Shown here piece by piece: positions 18,602-25,626 of a stretch of 64,000 nucleotides of DNA. Location of the stretch: positions 15,124 to 79,123 of the forward strand of contig CAMYYY010000005.1 of the NCBI GenBank assembly GCA_947303715.1. Reading direction: 5' to 3'. The notes below the pieces were generated by a model that did no database searches, had not been told where the DNA came from, and was given only the letters and a program-made list of their open reading frames with translations. How positions within the stretch are numbered: the stretch's first letter is position 1; the number at the start of each line of letters is the position of its first letter. Source of the stretch: an uncultured Bacteroidales bacterium (GTDB lineage: Bacteria > Bacteroidota > Bacteroidia > Bacteroidales > Bacteroidaceae). The position numbers and the translations under genes were made by a program.

Positions 18602-19086
18602 AACATCTGCCAAATATCCTCTCGTCGCTCCGAATGGTGGGGGCTGTTGCCCTGCTGCTGGCTGGTGTGTCAAGCACTCCTTTCTGGGTGCTTTACATCG
18701 TTTGCGGCATTAGCGACATAGCCGATGGGTGGCTGGCGCGAAAGCTGGGTTGTGCCACCCAAACAGGAGCTTTACTGGACAGTCTGGCTGATATCTGTTT
18801 TGTGGTTTGTTGTGCCCTGCGGCTGCTTCCTATATTGGAGCTTCCTACTTGGTTGTGGATTTGGGCTGGCGTAATCGTTGTAATTAAAATCATCAACCAG
18901 GTGTCGGCCCTCGTGATGTTCAGGCGTTGCTGCTTCCCTCACACTACGGCAAACAAGGTGACGGGATTCCTGCTCTTCATTGCTGTCCCCATGACATTTT
19001 GGTCCATCATTCCCCTCTCTTTGGTGGCAGCTTTTGCCACGTTTGCTGCCATTCAAGAGGGCCATTTCATCAGGACAAAGTGTTAA
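18598..19086 (+). CDS. CDP-alcohol phosphatidyltransferase-family membrane protein
   Basis: The signature DIADGWLARKLGCATQTGALLDSLAD matches D-x2-DG-x2-AR...G-x3-D-x3-D. ATG 18598 overlaps the upstream stop (ATGA). The track start is a GTG at 18592. Confidence 0.8.
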   Translation: MKHLPNILSSLRMVGAVALLLAGVSSTPFWVLYIVCGISDIADGWLARKLGCATQTGALLDSLADICFVVCCALRLLPILELPTWLWIWAGVIVVIKIINQVSALVMFRRCCFPHTTANKVTGFLLFIAVPMTFWSIIPLSLVAAFATFAAIQEGHFIRTKC

Positions 19087-19170
19087 AGTCGTGTTAAAAT
19101 CTTCATTTCTCTTGACTCGTCCCTTAGGGGAGGATGTAACTTCGCACTCGCTTAGCAAAAAAATCGCGCG

Positions 19171-19998
19171 ATGATGAGTTACAAAACCAAATTAAAAATC
19201 GGAGAGTTCTCCAAGCTGATGCAAGTGACGGTAAAGACCTTGCGTCACTACGAGCAGAAGGGACTACTCCTGCCTGACGAGGTGGATGAGTGGACGGGAT
19301 ATCGCTACTACGGTATCGGTCAGATGCAGACGCTTCAAGCCATCCGCGACCTGCAAAGGCTCGGATTCTCGCTGGATGAGATCAAGGACCTGTTTGACGA
19401 AGGCTCGCACACGCCCAGCATCCGGCAGATAGATGAGAAAATCAGGGAGACGGAGGCCCAGCTCGGGCAACTGATTGCCCGCCGAGACCAACTGCACGGG
19501 CTAAGAGACTCTCGCAAACACATCACATCAATGGAAAAATTCAGCATTCAATCGTTGCCCGCAATTATCGTGGCAAGTCATCGGGAAATCATCCCCAATT
19601 ATGCCGCTCTCGGCCCACTCTGCGTCGAGACGATCGGCCCTGAGATGCAGCGTCTTGGCTGCAAGTGCCCTCCGCCGGGCTATTGCTTCACAATGGAACA
19701 CGACAAGGAATACACGCCGACGAACATTGACATCGAGTATTGTGAGCAGGTGGAGGAGATGGGCAAGGACAGCGCCATCATCCAGTTCAAACGCCTGCCT
19801 GCCGTGCCCAAGGCCTTATGCATGAAGCACGTCGGTCCATACGAACGTTTTTATGAATCATATGTCGAGGCCTTCCGTTACATCGAGGAACGAGGCTACA
19901 AAATTATCGGGCAGCATCGCACATGCTACGTTGACGGCGTCTGGAATCAGGAAGACCCGGAAAAATGGTTGTCAATCATCCAGATACCAATTGAATAA
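19171..19998 (+). CDS. MerR-family transcriptional regulator with GyrI-like effector-binding domain (BmrR-like)
   Basis: N-terminal HTH IGEFSKLMQVTVKTLRHYEQKGLLLP...GYRYY, a coiled-coil linker and a C-terminal SRPBCC/GyrI-like half. Confidence 0.85.
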   Translation: MMSYKTKLKIGEFSKLMQVTVKTLRHYEQKGLLLPDEVDEWTGYRYYGIGQMQTLQAIRDLQRLGFSLDEIKDLFDEGSHTPSIRQIDEKIRETEAQLGQLIARRDQLHGLRDSRKHITSMEKFSIQSLPAIIVASHREIIPNYAALGPLCVETIGPEMQRLGCKCPPPGYCFTMEHDKEYTPTNIDIEYCEQVEEMGKDSAIIQFKRLPAVPKALCMKHVGPYERFYESYVEAFRYIEERGYKIIGQHRTCYVDGVWNQEDPEKWLSIIQIPIE

Positions 19999-20012
19999 CT
20001 CAAGTTAAAATT

Positions 20013-20050
20013 GTCTGCCCCATGTCTTCGTGGGGCAGACATTGTTTCTT
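20013..20050 (+). terminator. Intrinsic terminator after the MerR gene
   Basis: GTCTGCCCCA-tgtcttcg-TGGGGCAGAC (10-bp stem) followed by ATTGTTTCTTCTT. Confidence 0.7.
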
Positions 20051-20124
20051 CTTCGGGGCTTTTAGGTATTCCCGCTCGTGACGGACGAAAACGCAGTTAA
20101 ATATCCAAATAAATTTGGTATTTT

Positions 20125-20395
20125 CTCGGCTCACCCTATCTTTAACCCCCTTCGGGGCTTTTAGATAGGCTGCGGCTCGGATAATAGCAAATATATTTGC
20201 ATTATCGCTCGGCTCACCCTATCTTTAACCCCCTTCGGGGCTTTTAGATAGGCTGCGGCTCGGATAATAGCAAATATATTTGCATTATCGCTCGCCTTGC
20301 ACTATCTTTAACCCCCTTCGGGGCTTTTAGATAGGCTGCGGCTCGGATAATTACAAATATTTTTGCATTATCGCTCGCCTTGCACTATCTTTGCA
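20125..20395 (+). repeat. Three tandem 83-bp promoter-cassette units plus a terminal promoter arm
   Basis: Unit starts (CTCGGC/CTCGCC) fall at 20125, 20208, 20291 and 20374. A degenerate copy lies at 20050-20124. Only the last arm carries a consensus -7 TATCTTTG (20386-20393) with -33 TTTG at 20362-20365. The internal arms read TATCTTTA. Confidence 0.9.
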
Positions 20396-20423
20396 TGTTG
20401 TTATCGGTTTTGCTTCAAAATAG

Positions 20424-21407
20424 ATGATGAAAGTCCTCAGATATCTTGTAAGTGGAAGGAAACGTAAAGTTCTGTCGCGCGCCTTCCACATCTGGCAGCT
20501 TAGGCCGGCGAAGATAACACCTCTTTCAGAAACCGTTGACACATGTGCATCCTGCGGCACAGAGTTTCAGGGGAATTACTGCCCCCGTTGTGGGCAGTCG
20601 GCAAGTGTGAGACGCTTCTCCCTCAGGAAGACGATACTGCTTTTCTTGGACGAATGGGGATTGGGCAACCGGAATCTGCTGTTCCGTTGTTTGCGTGACC
20701 TGATGCTCCGTCCCGGCTACATGATCAGGGACTATCTGTCTGGTATGCAGTCGGCTTATTTCTCACCTTTCAAGTTGTTTTTCCTGCTGACGGCTATTTC
20801 GCTTATTGTGGAACAGGGGTTAAAACTTGACATAGATGCGCCGAAGTATCAGCCAGAGGAAACAAATACGGAGGTGGTAGAAAAGGCAGAAGAGGTTGGA
20901 GAGGCAGAAACGGCAGAAGCGCTTGATAAGGAGGTGGAAGAGAAGAATGACTCTTCGCAGTTGACAATCAATGGAAAAGTGGTGTTGAATGATGTCTCAC
21001 CTATTCTCGCGGCTACGGATAGGTTCGTCCGCCTGATGAAGGCTCTTATGGACAAGAACCCCGCCCTTTTCGCCCTTCTGGTGTTGGTGTTGTTCTCATC
21101 GCCCATGTTCCTTTTCTTCCGTCGGAGCCCAAACATCCCTAACCTCAGGTTCTCGGAGTTTATCTTGGCACTTGTCTATACCGCTGATGTGTTCAGTATC
21201 TATTCGTTAGTCGGGGATTTGCTGAAACTCGATTTCTTCTTCTTGATAGCTCTTCTGATGATATTCGTTGCCCTCAAGCAGCTGTTTGGGTTCAAGAAAC
21301 GCCGCTTGCTCTTGTATATGATTCTGACAAGCGTGATATCGAGCATCCTGCTGATATTGTTGATAGCAGCAGGGGTCTTTTTCGTCTATTTGTTTTCGAA
21401 GAAATAA
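20424..21407 (+). CDS. DUF3667-like zinc-ribbon membrane protein
   Basis: 327 aa with CASCGTEFQGNYCPRCG near the N-terminus, several TM helices and an acidic low-complexity insert (EETNTEVVEKAEEVGEAETAEALDKEVEEK). Confidence 0.65.
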   Translation: MMKVLRYLVSGRKRKVLSRAFHIWQLRPAKITPLSETVDTCASCGTEFQGNYCPRCGQSASVRRFSLRKTILLFLDEWGLGNRNLLFRCLRDLMLRPGYMIRDYLSGMQSAYFSPFKLFFLLTAISLIVEQGLKLDIDAPKYQPEETNTEVVEKAEEVGEAETAEALDKEVEEKNDSSQLTINGKVVLNDVSPILAATDRFVRLMKALMDKNPALFALLVLVLFSSPMFLFFRRSPNIPNLRFSEFILALVYTADVFSIYSLVGDLLKLDFFFLIALLMIFVALKQLFGFKKRRLLLYMILTSVISSILLILLIAAGVFFVYLFSKK

Positions 21408-21491
21408 TTCGCCTATTCTACGAATTTATTCGCCTGCGCTGTGAATTTATTCGCCTGCTCTGTGAATTTATTCGCCTGCTCTGTGAGAATA
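21406..21491 (+). repeat. Four TTATTCGCCTGCKCTGTG motifs at exact 21-bp phasing
   Basis: TTCGCCT starts fall at 21408, 21429, 21450 and 21471. The array lies between convergent genes and overlaps the 3' end of ORF 21468-22013. Confidence 0.9.
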
Positions 21492-22013
21492 CTTTTTACA
21501 TTCCGCATGCAGGCAAAGGGAGAAGACTATTTCGATAATGATCATCAGGGCTGCCAGCACATAGGGCGGGTAGAGGAGTCCGATAATGAGCGACAGGATG
21601 GGAATGACGATGGAAAGTATCAGATAGCTCCTTGACTGGTAGAGCCAGGAGAACGGCATCAGATGGGCGCCGAAAATCATGGCATAAACCATCAGCATCT
21701 TTTCGGGTACGGCAGCATACACCCACATGGCAATCAGGATGTAGAGCATCTGGTTGATGCTGAACAGGATGCCGGCCTTCGTCAGCGGATTACCCTTGCC
21801 TTCAAAATCAATCTTTAGGGCTTTCGACAGCATCCATGCCAAAGGGAACAAGACAGCCGAGCAGCAGAAGGTGATGAGGTTCTTCTGCCCGATAGTCAGG
21901 TTAGTGAGGTACACGATGAGTATCAGCGTCCAAATCACGATGGATGCCACGATGAAGTGCATCCCTTTCTTCTGCCTGCGCGCACAATCCTGAATCAGTT
22001 CGTTAAGTTCCAT
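21468..22013 (-). CDS. Hypothetical multi-pass membrane protein
   Basis: 181 aa with about 5 hydrophobic helices. No recognised family. Confidence 0.5.
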   Translation of the reverse strand: MELNELIQDCARRQKKGMHFIVASIVIWTLILIVYLTNLTIGQKNLITFCCSAVLFPLAWMLSKALKIDFEGKGNPLTKAGILFSINQMLYILIAMWVYAAVPEKMLMVYAMIFGAHLMPFSWLYQSRSYLILSIVIPILSLIIGLLYPPYVLAALMIIIEIVFSLCLHAECKKYSHRAGE

Positions 22014-22019
22014 AGATGT

Positions 22020-23093
22020 CTATTTAACAACGACTTTTCTGCCATCACGTATTTGGACGCCCTTTTGTGTCCTGTCGGTAATACGACGCCCCTGTAAGTC
22101 ATAGTTCCGAACGGAATTGGCATCAGAAGGGGATTGTGGAGTAAGGCCGGTAATGAGAGCTCTATAATCGTTGTTGTCGGTTATGGGAATGGATACATTG
22201 TAGCCGTTTTTTGATGATAAGGTGATATCGCCCTCGTACAAACATACGGTATATGCCTTGTCTTGTCCGTCCTCGTCTTTCGTCAGGATAGTATGGTTCA
22301 GTCGTAGGTGATACGATTCTTTCAAAATATTGACGATATTAAAAAACAAGTGAGCTGCGCGATTGCAGCTTTTCTCTGGGATGCCATCAGTCAGTACGCT
22401 GATCACCAGGGTGCTGTCTTTGTCGAACTCAGCCTGAACGTCCAGATATGTGTATTCGCAGGGTAACGAATAGTTCTTGTACACGCAGTCAAACCATTGG
22501 CTGCCATAGTCATTGATTTCCAGGCTTTGGCTCAAATCTTTGCCTGGGGTAATATAGTCTGTTATTTCGTAGGACCAGAAGCCTTGCACATTGACAGGAT
22601 AGTCAAAGCCCTCCTCATTTGCCTGCTCCAGCGTTTCCAAATCGATTTCTACCACGGAGTGCTCTTTAAAAGATATTGTGCCTAAATCCTTTCCACCCAG
22701 CATCATTTGGTATTCGTCCTCCAAGGCATCGTAGAGGGTGAAATAGATATTGATGGAACACATACAGGAGGCTATGACATCGCCTAAGCCTTCATCAACG
22801 CTGAGGGCGAGTTTTTGTCCTTCTTCTTGACACATTACGTTGATGCGGCCGTATGCACAATTCACTCGATAGTTGTTCAGTTCGCCCAGCAGGCCGTTTT
22901 CAAAGCGGGTCAGTTTGAGCGTCGGGTGCCCCATAACGCTTTCGGCTCTCGTATCATCGTGGCAATTCGTATTTGACACGTTTTTAACCGCCACCGTGCC
23001 GTCTGCCATAATAGTATTTGTCGTTCCTGCTAAAATAGCCAAAAACATTATGGCTTTTAGCAACGAGTTCTTTTTTGTAAAAATCATCTTCAT
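22020..23093 (-). CDS. Secreted hypothetical protein with T9SS C-terminal sorting domain
   Basis: Signal peptide MKMIFTKKNSLLKAIMFLAILAGTTNTIMA. The C-terminus VRNYDLQGRRITDRTQKGVQIRDGRKVVVK is a typical Por-secretion CTD. Confidence 0.65.
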   Translation of the reverse strand: MKMIFTKKNSLLKAIMFLAILAGTTNTIMADGTVAVKNVSNTNCHDDTRAESVMGHPTLKLTRFENGLLGELNNYRVNCAYGRINVMCQEEGQKLALSVDEGLGDVIASCMCSINIYFTLYDALEDEYQMMLGGKDLGTISFKEHSVVEIDLETLEQANEEGFDYPVNVQGFWSYEITDYITPGKDLSQSLEINDYGSQWFDCVYKNYSLPCEYTYLDVQAEFDKDSTLVISVLTDGIPEKSCNRAAHLFFNIVNILKESYHLRLNHTILTKDEDGQDKAYTVCLYEGDITLSSKNGYNVSIPITDNNDYRALITGLTPQSPSDANSVRNYDLQGRRITDRTQKGVQIRDGRKVVVK

Positions 23094-23118
23094 ATTGAAT
23101 CCAATTTAAATGTCGGGG

Positions 23119-23126
23119 CAAATATA
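23119..23126 (-). promoter_or_regulatory. -7 box (TATATTTG) for the T9SS cargo gene
   Basis: Plus strand reads CAAATATA, 25 nt upstream of ATG 23093. Confidence 0.55.
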
Positions 23127-23178
23127 CAAATATTAGTTGAAAGATTCGCCTATATTCCAAAATTTATTGGGTATTTTG

Positions 23179-23281
23179 CTCGGCTCACCCCATCTTTAAC
23201 CCCCTTCGGGGCTTTTAGATAGGCTGCGGCTCGGAAACACTCAAATAAATTTGGTGTTTCTCTCGCCTTGCACTATCTTTG
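23179..23281 (+). repeat. Promoter-cassette repeat (CCAAATAAATTTGG-type variant) ending in a promoter
   Basis: CTCGGCTCACCCCATCTTTAACCCCCTTCGGGGCTTTTAGATAGGCTGCGGCTCGGAAACACTCAAATAAATTTGGTGTTTCTCTCGCCTTGCACTATCTTTG. The -33 is at 23250-23253 and the -7 at 23274-23281. Confidence 0.85.
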
Positions 23282-23304
23282 TGCGGCGAAATACAGAAGA
23301 AACG

Positions 23305-23991
23305 ATGAAAATACTTGTATTCAACGGAAGTCCAAAGAGGGACGCGAGCGATACGATGCACATAACCCGTGCCTTTTTGGATGGAATGAACGAAGCCGCT
23401 GCGCAGGAAGTGAAGACAATCCACGTCATCGACAAGCACATCGAATACTGCACAGGCTGCTTTGCGTGCAAGCGTAACGGCGGTACCTGCATCCACACAG
23501 ACGACATGCGCGACATCCTGGACGAAATCCTCCAGAGCGACATGCTGCTGTTCAATTTCCCGCTCTACAATTACGGCATCCCCGCTCCGCTGAAGGCTTT
23601 GTTGGACCGCACGATGCCGCTCTCAAGCTTAGCTATGCAGAGGGTGGGCGACCATTATGCGCATCCCTGCCAGGCCGACTTCTCCCGCCTGCGGTATGTG
23701 ATGATTTGCGGTTGCGGATTTCCGAACAGCCGTCACAATTTCGAGCCTGCCGTAGCGCAGTTCAAGCTGATGTTCCCCTCGAACCATACCATCATCACCA
23801 TTCCTGAAAGCCCCATGTTCAACGCTCCTGAAGCGGCTGTGGTGACCCTCCCCCGGCTGGAACTGGTGAAGTGTGCAGGAAGACAGTTCGCTGAAAACGG
23901 AGAGATTGCTCCCGACTTGTTGGCGGAAATCGGTTCGCCCATGATACCCGAGGAGACTTACGCCGCCATCGTCAACCGGAAGGAATCATAA
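23305..23991 (+). CDS. Flavodoxin-like NAD(P)H-dependent FMN reductase / iron-sulfur flavoprotein-family protein
   Basis: ATG 23305 (MKILVFNGSPKRDASDT...) is preferred over the track start inside the promoter. It has a CTGCFACKRNGGTC Cys motif. Confidence 0.75.
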   Translation: MKILVFNGSPKRDASDTMHITRAFLDGMNEAAAQEVKTIHVIDKHIEYCTGCFACKRNGGTCIHTDDMRDILDEILQSDMLLFNFPLYNYGIPAPLKALLDRTMPLSSLAMQRVGDHYAHPCQADFSRLRYVMICGCGFPNSRHNFEPAVAQFKLMFPSNHTIITIPESPMFNAPEAAVVTLPRLELVKCAGRQFAENGEIAPDLLAEIGSPMIPEETYAAIVNRKES

Positions 23992-24008
23992 TATAATATA
24001 AATAAGAA

Positions 24009-24275
24009 ATGGAAAAGTTTTGCCAGAGCTGCGGAATGCCGCTCACAGAGGAAAATCTCGGCACGAATGCCGACGGTAATAAGAACGAGGAATACTGCAT
24101 GTACTGCTATAAGGACGGGGCGTTCACCAACGACTGCACTATGGAGGAGATGATTGAATTCTGCGCGCAGTTTGTGGACGAGGTGAACAAAAACATGCCC
24201 CAGCCGATGACCAAGGAGCAGTACAAGCAGATGATGCAGCAGTACTTCCCGACGCTGAAGAGATGGCAGAAATAA
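24009..24275 (+). CDS. Stand-alone zinc-ribbon domain protein (paralog of the N-domain of 17464-18189)
   Basis: MEKFCQSCGMPLTEENLGTNADGNKNEEYCMYCYKDGAFTNDCTMEEMIEFCAQFVDEVNK aligns residue-for-residue with the other copy. Confidence 0.7.
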   Translation: MEKFCQSCGMPLTEENLGTNADGNKNEEYCMYCYKDGAFTNDCTMEEMIEFCAQFVDEVNKNMPQPMTKEQYKQMMQQYFPTLKRWQK

Positions 24276-24277
24276 AA

Positions 24278-24362
24278 TGGTTTAATGTTTAACGTTTAAC
24301 GAGGCTGGCGCGATAGCATCGAAGGACGTGTTCGTTAAACCTTAAACGTTAAACATTAAACA
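24278..24362. repeat. Palindromic (GTTTAAY)n element, copy B
   Basis: Arms are GGTTTAATGTTTAACGTTTAACGA and TCGTTAAACCTTAAACGTTAAACATTAAAC, around a roughly 30-nt loop. Its reverse complement matches copy A at 4511-4611. Confidence 0.85.
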
Positions 24363-24377
24363 AAAAAATAAGAATCG

Positions 24378-24902
24378 TTGGAAACGGAGAGGATTATCCT
24401 CCGCCCGTGGAGGGAAAGTGATGCGGAGGCGTTATATCGTTATGCCTCCGACCCTGACGTGGGCCCTCGTGCCGGCTGGCCTCCGCATCAGAGCGTGGAG
24501 GAGAGTTTGGAGATTATCCGCACCATCTTCCATAGCGACCATATTTGGGCCATCGAGCTTAAGGAAACGGGAGAGCCCATCGGCTGCATCGGTTACTATG
24601 CTTATGGCGAGAGCAATATTGACATCAGCCCCAATGATGCCGAGGCGGGGTATTGGATAGCTAAGCCCTACTGGAACCTTGGCATCTGTACCGAGGCGCT
24701 AAGGTTGCTGATAGACTACTGCTTCAACGTGAAGGGCTTCGATACCCTCTGGTGCGACTTCTTTGTGGATAACCCAGCCTCGGGCCGCGTCATGGAGAAG
24801 TGTGGCTTCCGCGACACGGGTAAAGTCAACTATTGCAGCCAACTTCAGGTTGGCTCCGACCGCCCCGTCAGAATCATGCGCTTAGACCGGGAAAACAGAT
24901 AA
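24378..24902 (+). CDS. GNAT-family N-acetyltransferase (RimJ/RimL-like)
   Basis: 174 aa starting at a TTG. ERIILRPWRESDAEALYRYASDPDV... is typical of the Acetyltransf_3 type. Confidence 0.75.
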   Translation: METERIILRPWRESDAEALYRYASDPDVGPRAGWPPHQSVEESLEIIRTIFHSDHIWAIELKETGEPIGCIGYYAYGESNIDISPNDAEAGYWIAKPYWNLGICTEALRLLIDYCFNVKGFDTLWCDFFVDNPASGRVMEKCGFRDTGKVNYCSQLQVGSDRPVRIMRLDRENR

Positions 24903-24942
24903 AGAAACACCCGATGTGAAGACGTCACATGTGGCGTCTCTA

Positions 24943-25614
24943 CTACCAGATAAAAGGAATGAGGCGGTAGCGGATCCGCTCCGTGTAGGCTTTGTATCCG
25001 CCAAGGTCCTGTCCCAGCACCTTCTCTTCGTTACGGATGCGCTTGACGATGATGGGAATATACAGCAGCATGATAAGGAACGACCACGGCGAGGCGAGGA
25101 TGAGGGGAATCGTGAGAAAGAGCAGAAGCGTGGCGAAGTACATGGGGTGACGGACAAGACCGTAGAGTCCCGAGTCAACGACTTGCTGATGATCCTGCAC
25201 CTCGATGGTCCTCGACAACCAGACGTTCTCGCGCATTACCGCGCCATACAGGACATAGCCCAGCAGAAACACGATTGCTGCTATGATGACAAACTTGTCC
25301 GAAAGCACCCACCACCCGAAGCGGTAGTTCAACCCCGCTGTGACAAACATGGCGATAAACAGGAGGCCGCTTATGAGGACGACGCTCTTCTGTTCCGTCT
25401 CCTTTTCCTTGGCATCGAGGCGGCTGCGAAGGAGATCAGGATTGCGAAACATCAGGATGATTCCCACTACGAACATCGGCACGAACAGGATGCCGATGAA
25501 CAGCCACGCTTGCCAGTAATGGAGCGTTCCTGCCGGAACAAATATCAGCACCATTACGAGAACCAGCCCCAAGAAGAATTTCGCCAGGGCTTGAAAGAAT
25601 AACCGGGTTGTCAT
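24943..25614 (-). CDS. ICMT/PEMT-family methyltransferase membrane protein
   Basis: 223 aa, multi-TM, with the GLYGLVRHPMYFATLLLF motif. Confidence 0.75.
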   Translation of the reverse strand: MTTRLFFQALAKFFLGLVLVMVLIFVPAGTLHYWQAWLFIGILFVPMFVVGIILMFRNPDLLRSRLDAKEKETEQKSVVLISGLLFIAMFVTAGLNYRFGWWVLSDKFVIIAAIVFLLGYVLYGAVMRENVWLSRTIEVQDHQQVVDSGLYGLVRHPMYFATLLLFLTIPLILASPWSFLIMLLYIPIIVKRIRNEEKVLGQDLGGYKAYTERIRYRLIPFIW

Positions 25615-25626
25615 GGCTTCTTCATT

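Noticed and set aside
20125-20395. Possible CRISPR array, given the regularly spaced 83-bp periodic repeats.
   Set aside because: The units are contiguous near-identical copies with no unique spacers between them. The content is promoter and hairpin modules, and no cas genes are in the window.
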